From Thermoanaerobaculia bacterium (lineage in GTDB: Bacteria; Acidobacteriota; Thermoanaerobaculia; Gp7-AA8), in the NCBI GenBank assembly GCA_017883265.1, contig JADGNX010000001.1:812-64811 (forward strand): a stretch of DNA of 64,000 bases, written 5' to 3'. The position numbers and the translations under genes are program-made. Shown here piece by piece: positions 10,050 through 21,145 of the stretch. Numbering within the stretch: position 1 is the first letter of the stretch; the number at the start of each line of letters is the position of its first letter. The notes under the pieces were generated by a model. It did no database searches and was not told the DNA's origin. It saw only the letters and a list, made by a program, of their open reading frames with translations.

Positions 10050-11006
10050 TCATGCCGCATGGTGAAGCGTTGAAAAGTAGACGTCTTCGAGTGACGCATT
10101 CACCGGCTCGAATGTTTCGCCGGGGCTCGATTCACTGTAAACGTGGACCACGGTGCGTCCAGCCACGAGGCGGCTGGAGATCACGGCATGGTCGCGCTGA
10201 TACCCTTCCAGCTCGTTTCGGGGAACGGCGCGCTGCCAGATCCGGCCACCGATGGCCCCGATGGCCTCGGCCGGGTCGCCGGTCATCAACACCCGGCCGT
10301 GAGAGATGATGGCCATCCGGCTGCAGAGGTCGGAGACGTCCTCGACGATGTGCGTCGAGAGAATGACGATGACGTTCTCTCCGATCTCGGCCAGGAGATT
10401 GTGAAAGCGAACCCGCTCGCCCGGATCGAGTCCGGCCGTCGGTTCATCCACGATGATCAACTTCGGCGATCCCAGGAGCGCCTGAGCGATCCCGAAGCGC
10501 TGCCGCATACCGCCGGAGAAGGTCCCGAGGTTCTGCTTGCGGACGTCGAAGAGGTTGACGCGCTCGAGGAGAGCGTCGACCACTTCCTTCCGTTCTTTCG
10601 CGGCGGTCAGACCCTTGAGGACCGCGAAGTGGGTCAGCATCGTCTCGGCGGAGATCTTCGGATAGACGCCGAATTCCTGCGGCAGATATCCGAGAATGCG
10701 CCGGACCTCGTCCTTCTGAACCAACAGATCGAGATCGAGCTCCCCAATGCGCGCCGATCCCGAGTCGGCCTCCTGCAAGGTAGCCAACGTTCGCATGAGC
10801 GTCGACTTGCCGGCGCCGTTCGGCCCCAACAGGCCGAACATCCCGGTAGGAATCGTCAGTGTGACGTCCGACAACGCGCGCACACCATTCGGGTAAGTCT
10901 TCGACAGGCCGCGGATCGAAAGCTCCAGCATCAACCCTCCCAGAAAGTCGCGGATCATCGGATCATACGGTTCCCTTGCTACATTAGTTGCGACCGGCGG
11001 AGTCAA
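10050..11006 (-). CDS. ABC transporter ATP-binding protein
   Basis: 318 aa with Walker A GPNGAGKST, ABC signature LSGGMRQR and Walker B LIIVDEPTAGLD. Confidence 0.9.
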   Translation of the reverse strand: MTPPVATNVAREPYDPMIRDFLGGLMLELSIRGLSKTYPNGVRALSDVTLTIPTGMFGLLGPNGAGKSTLMRTLATLQEADSGSARIGELDLDLLVQKDEVRRILGYLPQEFGVYPKISAETMLTHFAVLKGLTAAKERKEVVDALLERVNLFDVRKQNLGTFSGGMRQRFGIAQALLGSPKLIIVDEPTAGLDPGERVRFHNLLAEIGENVIVILSTHIVEDVSDLCSRMAIISHGRVLMTGDPAEAIGAIGGRIWQRAVPRNELEGYQRDHAVISSRLVAGRTVVHVYSESSPGETFEPVNASLEDVYFSTLHHAA

Positions 11007-11040
11007 CCCTCAGCCTGAACAAGGACCCTGGGGATCTACT

Positions 11041-11667
11041 TTATGGATGGGGATCGGGTCGCGGCACCCGTGGCGGCGCGCCGGCCTCGATCGCAAACCG
11101 CTCGAATATCTCGTAGGGCTGGCAGCCGCTGAGGCCGAGGTTGCCGATGATGAACGTCGGGATCCCATGGACGCCGACCTCGCTGGCCTCGTCGCGAGCG
11201 TCGTCGACGCGCGCCAGGATCAGCGGATCGCGCGAACGCTCCACGGCATTCTCCGCGAGGCCGGAGTCCAGGGCAATCGCGGCCAGGTCGACGTCGTTCT
11301 CGAGGTCCATACCATCGCGCCAGTGCGCGTCCATGGCCCTCGTTCTGAAGGCCTCGAGCTTCCCTTCATCGCGCGCCACCTCGGCCAACGCCAGTGCGCG
11401 ACGCGTATTCGGAATCCGCTCGCGCTGCTGGAAGTCGTCGATGCCGAACTGCGAAGCGAAACGCTTCATGTAAGCCGCCATGCCGGACAGCTTATCGGCT
11501 GGGAACATCTCGTCGAGCCGCGCTCCGCCCGCCGGTGTCTCCGGATGAAGCTCGAACCCGCGCCAATCGAGCTCCAGATCGAATTCCCCGAGCAGCCTGA
11601 CCAGACTGCTTCGCTCAGCGATATAGCAGAACGGTCAGACGAAGTCGGAGTAAAGGCGAAGTTGCAT
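11041..11667 (-). CDS. FrnE/DsbA-family thiol:disulfide oxidoreductase with an in-frame TGA (candidate selenocysteine) replacing the first Cys of the CxxC motif
   Basis: ATG at 11667..11665 is preceded by an in-frame TAG. Translation gives MQLRLYSDFV-[TGA 11637..11635]-PFCYIAERSSLVRLLGEFDLELDWRGFELHPE, continuing in frame into the track ORF 11041..11508. This matches the FrnE N-terminus ([20 protein letters not shown]). The total 208 aa equals FrnE length. Confidence 0.55.
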
Positions 11668-11817
11668 GCGGAGGTTCTAATGCAAGAGCGTTCTCAGAGC
11701 AATCCTTAGAGCTGGGCATGACCCTGTTCGTCTCTGGGAATGAAGACTGCAAATGCGTCGCGAGGACGGCACGCTCCGTGCAGTCGCTATCGCCAGTCTT
11801 TCCCGCTGAGCTCGTAG

Positions 11818-11874
11818 CTCAAAGCGGTCTCTCTCGGCCTCCGCGTTCCACGCGCGGAGGCCTTCCTTGTTTTA
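11818..11874 (+). terminator. Terminator-like element, copy 1: 10-bp GC stem (GGCCTCCGCG / CGCGGAGGCC), 6-7 nt loop, then T-rich tract
   Basis: Perfect inverted repeat 11836..11845 / 11853..11862, followed by ttccttgtttt. A conserved 5' flank aaagcggtctctctc is shared with copy 2. Confidence 0.4.
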
Positions 11875-11975
11875 AGCGACTGGGTGCCGGTATTTTCGGG
11901 CATCCATCAGATTGCTGTTCTACGGGTGCCATTTGCAGTGTCTACCTTGTTGAACTCACCCGCTTTTCGCCCCTG

Positions 11976-12030
11976 CCCAAAGCGGTCTCTCTCCCGGCCC
12001 CCGCGCTGCACGCGGGGGCTTTTCTTTTGG
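11976..12030 (+). terminator. Terminator-like element, copy 2: stem GGCCCCCGCG / CGCGGGGGCT, 5-nt loop, then T-rich tract
   Basis: Same architecture and 5' flank as copy 1. The stem differs from copy 1 at one base pair, with the change on both arms (T/A to C/G), so pairing is preserved. Followed by tttcttttgg. Confidence 0.4.
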
Positions 12031-12062
12031 GCCACCTCGCGGCGTCCAGGGTGCAGTCCGCT

Positions 12063-12359
12063 TCACCGGCTATAGAACTCGACAGCTGAGATGCCGCCTT
12101 GCGAGTCGAAGATCGTTTCCGACCGCAGGCCCGATGTGCCCTTCATACTGTGGTTCCGCTGAAGATGCTCGCGCATGTCGTTGTGGACGGCAGGGTTACT
12201 GGTCGGTCCGGCGCTATCCATCGAACCACAGATGGAGCAGGTGTAGCGAATTCGGCCCTCATGCCACGCCAGAGCATCCACGATGAATGTTGCGACAATC
12301 GAGCGATACCCTGACTCTCCCGAAGGCGGATCCTCGACCCTCACGACACTCGCCCCCAC
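12063..12359 (-). CDS. Small hypothetical protein with a possible C2H2-like zinc-binding motif
   Basis: 98 aa. YTCSICGS ... AVHNDMREHLQRNH gives C-x2-C ... H-x4-H spacing. No other support. Confidence 0.25.
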   Translation of the reverse strand: MGASVVRVEDPPSGESGYRSIVATFIVDALAWHEGRIRYTCSICGSMDSAGPTSNPAVHNDMREHLQRNHSMKGTSGLRSETIFDSQGGISAVEFYSR

Positions 12360-12573
12360 CGCCTGCGCGTAAGAACCGTGAGGGCGAATAAGAGAGGGCA
12401 GTCAGCGGTCATTCGCCCAACGATAGCAGGGACAAAATGGCGGGGAGATTAACGCGCTCGGTCGTTCCCCTGACTGACGAAGTTACAGGGGGGCGGTTGC
12501 GTCGCGAGGAGCGCGAAACGTCTTTGAACGCGTAGGCCAGACCGGCGGCAGGCGTTTGAGATTCTCAATGAGG

Positions 12574-12606
12574 CCCAAAGACAAAAGCCACCGGGCGGCG
12601 GTGGCC
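12574..12606 (-). terminator. Rho-independent terminator of tRNA-Asn
   Basis: On the minus strand: GGCCACCG-CCGCC-CGGTGGC hairpin (plus 12587..12605), followed by UUUUGUCUUUGGG immediately 3' of the tRNA. Confidence 0.5.
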
Positions 12607-12624
12607 TTAAGCGACTGATTCTAA

Positions 12625-12700
12625 TGGCTCCGGCAGCAAGACTCGAACTTGCGACCCACGGATTAACAGTCCGTTGCTCTACCAACTGAGCTATGCCGGA
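12625..12700 (-). tRNA. tRNA-Asn (anticodon GTT), CCA encoded
   Basis: The reverse complement reads TCCGGCATAGCTCAGTTGGTAGAGCAACGGACTGTTAATCCGTGGGTCGCAAGTTCGAGTCTTGCTGCCGGAGCCA. It has a 7-bp acceptor stem, a GTTCGAGTC T-arm, the anticodon loop CT-GTT-AA and discriminator G. Confidence 0.9.
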
Positions 12701-12782
12701 GTGCTGGAAGGCGACGCAAAATATCAAAGGCGCGCTGGCGTCGTCAACAAAGGCGAACCGTCCAACCGGAGGGGTGGCGCGT

Positions 12783-13247
12783 TTATTCGCGGAGACCGGC
12801 AGCCACCCTTTCCAGGGTCTGGTCGAGACGTTCGAAGAGATCCTCCAGGCCCTTTTCGTCGTAGTCGATCGTCTCGATTCCGGCGTCCCCACGGATCATG
12901 GCCGAGCAGCGGCTGGTGTGCGCCGGACGGTAGAGGGCGATGACCGGCATGTCGAAACGATAGCGCGCCACGGCGATCTCGTAGCCGACGCCGGTGGAAG
13001 GAACGGAGACATCGGCCACCAGGACGCCTCCGGCAGCAGCCGCTTCGGCGATCCAGGCCAGGTCGCGCTCGAAGATGGCCCGCTCGCCCAAAGCCTCCCC
13101 GCCGGCTGAGACGCTCTCCGTGGCCACAGCTCCGGCCAGAACGCGGTGCCCCTTCGCCTCCAGATGGTCGACGATCCGGCGGTAGAGGCCCACGTCCTGC
13201 CGCCCGCCGCTGATCGAGCCTGAGAAGTAAATGGCCGCCGGCATCAT
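12783..13247 (-). CDS. Nucleoside 2-deoxyribosyltransferase-like (Rossmann-like, PF15891-type) protein
   Basis: The start is placed at the MM pair (ATG 13247..13245), giving MMPAAIYFSGSISGGR..., a typical N-terminus for this family. The longer track ORF (to 13367) has a non-homologous N-extension. Confidence 0.45.
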   Translation of the reverse strand: MMPAAIYFSGSISGGRQDVGLYRRIVDHLEAKGHRVLAGAVATESVSAGGEALGERAIFERDLAWIAEAAAAGGVLVADVSVPSTGVGYEIAVARYRFDMPVIALYRPAHTSRCSAMIRGDAGIETIDYDEKGLEDLFERLDQTLERVAAGLRE

Positions 13248-13390
13248 GATTTGATCAGCATCATTTAAGCATCCGCGGGGGGCATTCGACATTGCCCGTT
13301 TGTCATGCCGAGGCTCAAAGGGCCGTGGGTCGCGAAGTGCGGGCCCGTCCACCCGGCTCTGTCGCACCCCTCATGTACAATCGCCCACCC

Positions 13391-14881
13391 ATGGCCCGTG
13401 AGATCGTCATTAACACCACGAAGCACGAGTCACGCATCGCGGTGCTCGATGAGGGGCAGGTCGTGGAGCTCTGGGTCGAGCGGACCCGCCAGCGGACGAT
13501 CGTCGGCAACATCTACAAAGGCCGCGTCACCAAGGTCCTGCCGGGGATGCAGTCGGCCTTCGTCGATCTCGGGCTGGACCGCGATGCTTTCCTCTATGTC
13601 TCCGACGTCATCGAGGAGGTCGAGGATCTGGAGAGCGAGGGAACCCGGGAGATCCAGATCGATGACGTTCACCGCCCCGAGGCCTCGATCTCGGACCTGC
13701 TGCGTGAAGGTCAGGAGATCGTGGTGCAGGTCTCCAAAGACACCATCGCCACCAAGGGCGCCCGCATCACGACGCACGTTACCCTGCCGGGCCGGTTCCT
13801 GGTCTACATGCCGACCGTCAATCACATCGGCGTTTCCCGGCGCATCGAGAGCGAGGGGGAGCGAAGCCGTCTCAAAGAGATCCTCGAGAGGATCCGGAAA
13901 GGCCCCGGCGGATTCATCGTTCGCACCGCCGGCGAAGAGCGCAATGAAGAAGAGTTCGTCGCCGACCTCAACTATCTGACCGACCTGTGGGAACAGATCC
14001 GGCGACGAGCCGAAAAGACGGGCGCTCCCACCGCGCTTCATCACGATCTCGATCTGGTCCTCCGAACCATCCGCGATGTGCTGTCGCCCGAGTTCAAGAC
14101 GGTGTGGGTTGATTCGGTCGAGCAGTATCAGCGCATCGTCGAGTTTCTCGACCAGATTCAACCGAATCTGGTGTCACGCGTCCGTCTCTACCTTCGCGAC
14201 GACCCGATCTTCGAGGAGTTTGGCATCGAGCCCGAGATCGCCAAGGCCCTCAAGTCAAAGGCATGGCTCAAGTCGGGCGGCTACATCGTCATCAACCAGA
14301 CCGAAGCGCTCGTGGCCATCGACGTGAACACCGGAAAATATGTCGGCAAGCGCAATCTGGAGGAGACGGTCTTCCGCACCAACCTCGAGGCAGCGAAGGA
14401 GATCGTTCGCCAGATCAGGCTGCGCGATCTGGGCGGAATCATCGTCCTCGATTTCATCGACATGGAAATCCCGGAAAACCGGGCCGCACTCTTCGACGCT
14501 CTGGAAACAGAGATCCGCAAAGATCGGTCGAAGACAAAGATCCTGCAGATCTCCGAGTTCGGCCTGATCGAGATGACGCGAAAGCGCGTCCGCCAGAGTC
14601 TCGAGCGCTCCCTCACTCAGGCCTGTCCTTATTGCGGCGGCAGCGGGCGCATCAAGTCGAACGCCACGATCTCCATCGAGATCTGGCGCGAGCTGATGAA
14701 GCTGCGCGATCTGCACGAAGGGCAGGACGTCATCGTGCGCGTCAATCCGATCGTCTACGGAACTTTCTCCAACGGCTCCGAGCCGGTCTTCGCCGAGATC
14801 GAGAGTCATCTCGGAATCCATCTGGTTTTCAAGCCGGACGATTCGCTGCATCATGAGCAGTTCGATGTCATGACGATCTGA
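13391..14881 (+). CDS. rng: Ribonuclease G/E-family endoribonuclease (Rne/Rng)
   Basis: The start is set at ATG 13391 (MAREIVINTTKHESRIAVLDEGQVVELWVE = S1 domain). DNase I-like catalytic blocks and the C-terminal CPYCGGSGRIKS zinc link are present. Confidence 0.8.
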   Translation: MAREIVINTTKHESRIAVLDEGQVVELWVERTRQRTIVGNIYKGRVTKVLPGMQSAFVDLGLDRDAFLYVSDVIEEVEDLESEGTREIQIDDVHRPEASISDLLREGQEIVVQVSKDTIATKGARITTHVTLPGRFLVYMPTVNHIGVSRRIESEGERSRLKEILERIRKGPGGFIVRTAGEERNEEEFVADLNYLTDLWEQIRRRAEKTGAPTALHHDLDLVLRTIRDVLSPEFKTVWVDSVEQYQRIVEFLDQIQPNLVSRVRLYLRDDPIFEEFGIEPEIAKALKSKAWLKSGGYIVINQTEALVAIDVNTGKYVGKRNLEETVFRTNLEAAKEIVRQIRLRDLGGIIVLDFIDMEIPENRAALFDALETEIRKDRSKTKILQISEFGLIEMTRKRVRQSLERSLTQACPYCGGSGRIKSNATISIEIWRELMKLRDLHEGQDVIVRVNPIVYGTFSNGSEPVFAEIESHLGIHLVFKPDDSLHHEQFDVMTI

Positions 14882-15036
14882 AAATCTAACCGCCAGCCGG
14901 GAAAGCCCGCTGGGTGATGGCGAGCCCGATCGGTGGGCGGTCTGGTTCGGCCATCAGCAAGAGTTGAGAATCGAACAGCGGACAAGGCACGGCGATCCGT
15001 GGCATGTCGTGTGCAAATTTTGGCTCAGGAGAAGTG

Positions 15037-15351
15037 ATGTCCCTCGACGAAACCTTCCAGAATCTCAGCTCGTTTCTCAGCAGTCTGGATGCCGAGGGCG
15101 AGCAGAAGTTCGAGCTATCTCACTCGCTGGTAATCATTTGCCCCGACTGTGGGAAGAACATCGCGTTTCGTGGCCGCTGCCCGAAATGCGGTGGGAACAG
15201 CTGGATTCCGGCCGGTCACGCCGGCGGGATCTTCGAGCGCATGAAGGCGCAGCGGTGGCGGGCCATGATCCATACCGGAGATGAGGCGGAGGCGGAATCG
15301 TTCCCCTCTCCTGACGCCGTCGGGGAGCCGGGCGGCTCGCTCCCGCAGTAG
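15037..15351 (+). CDS. Small zinc-ribbon protein (CPDC...CPKC)
   Basis: ATG 15037 is preceded by GGAGAAG. Two CxxC pairs are spaced for a Zn ribbon. Confidence 0.4.
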   Translation: MSLDETFQNLSSFLSSLDAEGEQKFELSHSLVIICPDCGKNIAFRGRCPKCGGNSWIPAGHAGGIFERMKAQRWRAMIHTGDEAEAESFPSPDAVGEPGGSLPQ

Positions 15352-15354
15352 CAG

Positions 15355-15639
15355 TCAGATCGTCAGCCCGTCGTGGGCGTACTCCTCTTCCATCAACTGA
15401 CGGAAGAGCGTCTCGTACTCCCGGGTTTGCTGCAGTGGCGGCTTTTTCATCGCCAGAATTCGCAGCCGCACCCTCTGCTCGCGCTCTTCCTCGCGTTTCA
15501 GCTCATCGCCAAGAGCGTGAACGATCGATTGCCGCACGGCGTCGCGGTCCTTGAGCAGATTGACCGCACGCGCACGGGTCATCTCGTCCACCAGGAGCCG
15601 CGCCAATTGATTGACGCGGTCCCGCGAGAGTTTTGGCAT
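15355..15639 (-). CDS. Hypothetical small charged protein
   Basis: 94-aa ORF, strongly helical and charged, downstream of gyrA on the same strand. Confidence 0.35.
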   Translation of the reverse strand: MPKLSRDRVNQLARLLVDEMTRARAVNLLKDRDAVRQSIVHALGDELKREEEREQRVRLRILAMKKPPLQQTREYETLFRQLMEEEYAHDGLTI

Positions 15640-15741
15640 TCATTAATTGTACGACGGCGCTGACCGGGTGGAACGCAAACAGCGGGCTGCCGGTCGATCC
15701 GAGCCGGCGTGGCCGGTGCCGGCGATCAGCTGAAAAGCAAA

Positions 15742-15768
15742 GGCCGCCACTCATGCCAGCAGGCGGCC
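15742..15768 (-). terminator. Rho-independent terminator downstream of gyrA
   Basis: Perfect 7-bp inverted repeat GGCCGCC (15742..15748) / GGCGGCC (15762..15768). On the minus strand it is followed by UUUGCUUUUC, and lies ~25 nt after the gyrA stop. Confidence 0.5.
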
Positions 15769-15789
15769 CGTGCCACCCATCACGACCGC

Positions 15790-18381
15790 TTAGTGCACTG
15801 GTTCGTCGTCTTCCGGGACCTCCGAATCGGGTTCCTCGACTGAATCATCCTCGGGGAGATCGGCGTCATCAAGACTTGTCTCGGGAATCGCCACTTCCAC
15901 CCCTGCGGCGTCGAGCTCTTCCTCTGCATTGTCCCTCTCGACGATCTTGACCGCAGCAACGACGCTGTCGGCATCATCCACGTTGATCAGGCGGACGCCC
16001 TGGGTCGAGCGACCGATGGATCGGATCGTAGCGCAGGCCACGCGGATGATCTTCCCCTGTTCCGTAATGAGCAGCACCTGATCCTCAGCGGCTACGTGCT
16101 TGATCCCTGTGACTTTTCCATTCTTTTCGGTCGTCTTGATGTTGATGACGCCCAGTCCGCCCCGGGTCTGGAGGCGATACTCGTCAACGGCCGTGCGTTT
16201 GCCGAAGCCCTTCTCAGTGACCGTGAGGATCTCGCCGGGCTCGGACTTTCGCAGCACGTCCATCTCCACAACATAGTCGCCCTCGCGCAGGGTGATGCCC
16301 TTGACTCCCGCCGCTCCTCTTCCCATCGGCCGCACGTCTTCTTCGCTGAAACGGATGGCCACTCCGTTATGCGTTCCGATGAAGATCTGTGAATCGCCGT
16401 CGCTGGTATCGACGCTGTGAAGATCGTCGCCCTCGTTGATGTCGATGGCGATGATGCCCGCCGCGCGTGGATTGGAAAAGGCCGACAGCTCGGTCTTCTT
16501 GATCTTTCCGCCCCGCGTCGACATGACCACGTACTTCGCCGCGTTGTTGAAGTCACGTACCGTCAGAAGCGCGCGAACGTTCTCCCCCTGCTCGACCTGA
16601 AGCAGGTTGACGATGGCCTTGCCGCGCGCCGCGGTGCCCACCTCGGGCAGGGTGTGGACCTTCAGCCAGTAAAGACGCCCGCGATCGGTGAACACCAGGA
16701 TGTAGGCGTGCGTGGAGGCGACGAAAAGATGCTCCACGATGTCCTCTTCCTTCGGGATCATCCCGATCTTTCCTTTGCCGCCGCGGCGCTGCTCGCGATA
16801 GAGGGAGAGCGGAGACCTCTTGATATACCCGCCGCGCGAGACGGTGATCACCATGTCCTCTTCGGTGATCATGTCCTCGATGCTGATCTCGCGCGTCTCG
16901 GCCACGATCTCAGTGCGCCGTGGGTCGCCGTACTGTTCCCGGATCTGGCGGAGCTCACCGGCGATGATCTCCAGGACCAGGCGCTCGGAGGCCAGAATCT
17001 CTTTGAGCTTCTTGATGAGAGCCTGCACCTCCTGGTATTCGGTGACGATCTTGTCCCGCTCCAGACCGGTGAGACGCTGCAAGCGCATATCGAGGATGGC
17101 CTGGGCCTGAATCTCGGAGAAGGCGAACTCTCCCACCAGTCCGCTCTTGGCCTCGCCCGGTGTGGGACTTCTGCGGATCAGGGCGATGACCGCGTCGAGA
17201 TGATCGAGGGCCTTGACCAGTCCCTCGAGAATGTGAGCGCGCTCTTCGGCCTTCCGGAGATCGTAGCGGGTGCGGCGGACGACGATCTCTTTACGATGGT
17301 CGATGAAGTGCCGCAGCATCACCGGCAGGCTCATGACCTGCGGCTGGTTGTTGACGATGGCCAGGAAGATGATCCCGAAGGTCGTCTGCATCTGCGTATT
17401 CTTGTAGAGGCTGTTGAGGACGACTTCAGGGACCTCATTCCGCTTGAGCTCGATGGCCACTCGGATGCCGTCCCGGTCCGATTCGTCGCGGAGATCGGCG
17501 ATTCCTTCGATGCGTTTGTCGCGAACCAGTTCGGCAATCTTTTCGATCAACCGGGCCTTGTTCGTCATGTAGGGGATCTCGTTGATGATAATCGACTGCT
17601 TGTCGCTCCCTTTTTTCGGCGTCTCGATGGTGACGCGGGCCCGCAGCTGGATGATGCCGCGGCCGGTTTCGTAGGCCTGGCGGATGCCGTCCAGTCCATG
17701 AATGAAGCCGGCGGTCGGGAAGTCGGGGCCCGGCAACACGGTCATCAGTTCAGAGACGGTCGCGTTCGGGTTGTCGATGACCATGAGACAGGCGTCGATG
17801 ATCTCGCCGAGATTGTGCGGGGGAATGTTGGTTGCCATTCCGACGGCGATGCCGGAGGAGCCGTTGACGAGCAGGTTCGGGTACTTTGCGGGGAGGACGG
17901 AAGGCTCGGATAGTGAGCCGTCGTAGTTCGGTACCCAGTCGATGGTCTCCTTGTCGATGTCATCCCGCATCAGCTCTTCGGCCAGTTTGGTCAGACGGAC
18001 CTCGGTGTATCGCATGGCGGCCGCGTTGTCGCCGTCGAGCGACCCGAAGTTGCCCTGACCGTCGACCAGCCGGTAGCGCATCGAGAAATCCTGGGCCATG
18101 CGGACGACCGCATCGTAGATGGCGCTGTCGCCGTGCGGATGAAACTTGCCCATCACGTCGCCTACGATACGAGCCGATTTCTTGTAAGCCTTATTGGCCG
18201 TATTGCCCTGCTCATACATCCCGTAGAGGATGCGGCGGTGGACAGGCTTGAGGCCGTCGCGGACGTCAGGCAGGGCCCGCCCGATGATGACGGACATGGC
18301 GTAGTCGAGATACGACTTGCGCATCTCGTCTTCGATGTTGACCGGGATCCGGAGGTCGTCGATTAGCTGGTAGTCGGACAT
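15790..18381 (-). CDS. gyrA: DNA gyrase subunit A
   Basis: 863 aa with the canonical N-terminus [24 protein letters not shown], the active-site region AAMRYTE and an acidic C-terminal tail. Confidence 0.95.
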   Translation of the reverse strand: MSDYQLIDDLRIPVNIEDEMRKSYLDYAMSVIIGRALPDVRDGLKPVHRRILYGMYEQGNTANKAYKKSARIVGDVMGKFHPHGDSAIYDAVVRMAQDFSMRYRLVDGQGNFGSLDGDNAAAMRYTEVRLTKLAEELMRDDIDKETIDWVPNYDGSLSEPSVLPAKYPNLLVNGSSGIAVGMATNIPPHNLGEIIDACLMVIDNPNATVSELMTVLPGPDFPTAGFIHGLDGIRQAYETGRGIIQLRARVTIETPKKGSDKQSIIINEIPYMTNKARLIEKIAELVRDKRIEGIADLRDESDRDGIRVAIELKRNEVPEVVLNSLYKNTQMQTTFGIIFLAIVNNQPQVMSLPVMLRHFIDHRKEIVVRRTRYDLRKAEERAHILEGLVKALDHLDAVIALIRRSPTPGEAKSGLVGEFAFSEIQAQAILDMRLQRLTGLERDKIVTEYQEVQALIKKLKEILASERLVLEIIAGELRQIREQYGDPRRTEIVAETREISIEDMITEEDMVITVSRGGYIKRSPLSLYREQRRGGKGKIGMIPKEEDIVEHLFVASTHAYILVFTDRGRLYWLKVHTLPEVGTAARGKAIVNLLQVEQGENVRALLTVRDFNNAAKYVVMSTRGGKIKKTELSAFSNPRAAGIIAIDINEGDDLHSVDTSDGDSQIFIGTHNGVAIRFSEEDVRPMGRGAAGVKGITLREGDYVVEMDVLRKSEPGEILTVTEKGFGKRTAVDEYRLQTRGGLGVINIKTTEKNGKVTGIKHVAAEDQVLLITEQGKIIRVACATIRSIGRSTQGVRLINVDDADSVVAAVKIVERDNAEEELDAAGVEVAIPETSLDDADLPEDDSVEEPDSEVPEDDEPVH

Positions 18382-18572
18382 GGGTGCGAGTGTGCTCCGT
18401 TGCAGGCCTGGGGGCAGCGGGTTTCCGGGACCGGTCGGGTAACCGCTTTAACGGACTGCCTTTAAAGTCTGTATTTCCTTGCGATATAATGCTCGCAATA
18501 CTGAATACTATTAAATCGTTCTATTAACAACGTCGCGATACAAACGATTATCACCGCGTGATAACGTTGCTT

Positions 18573-20960
<2,388 letters not shown>

Positions 20961-20982
20961 TCAGTCGTTTTCTCGTGGTTGT

Positions 20983-21000
20983 GACTCCGATTTCGGAGTC
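20983..21000 (-). promoter_or_regulatory. Stable hairpin in the recF-gyrB intergenic region / gyrB 5' leader
   Basis: GACTCCGA-TT-TCGGAGTC perfect inverted repeat (7-8 bp stem), 22 nt upstream of the gyrB start codon. Confidence 0.3.
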
Positions 21001-21145
21001 CATTCGGCGTTCGCTCAGAGCTGCTTCGTGTCGGCCATCCCGCTGCGTAGGTCTCGCGTTACGAACGCGGACTGAGGACCGCCTTTCGGAACATTAATTG
21101 TGTATGGAAAATTCTCATTTTACGCCTTGGGGAAGGGCTCTCCTC

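Noticed and set aside
11635-11637. Alternative reading of the in-frame TGAs (here and at 58585..58587) as sequencing errors, genuine pseudogenes, or genome-wide TGA reassignment
   Set aside because: Not rejected outright, but less likely. Both TGAs fall on the single codon where a catalytic Cys is expected in two unrelated thiol-redox folds. Downstream frames stay open and conserved to family-typical ends, and one ends in a TGATG coupling overlap. Many ordinary genes in the window terminate with TGA at family-typical lengths, so global reassignment (Gly/Trp) is implausible in this high-GC genome.
11818-12030. CRISPR array
   Set aside because: There are only two repeat copies, with unequal spacing context and terminator-like T-tracts. 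No cas genes occur anywhere in the window.
11718-12089. 123-aa plus-strand ORF spanning both hairpin repeats
   Set aside because: The ORF runs through two GC palindromes and T-tracts, and its product is Ala/Arg/Ser/Pro-rich with no features. The region is better explained as non-coding structured DNA or RNA.
12449-12892. 147-aa minus-strand ORF overlapping tRNA-Asn
   Set aside because: It overlaps a clear tRNA gene and its terminator, so it is spurious.
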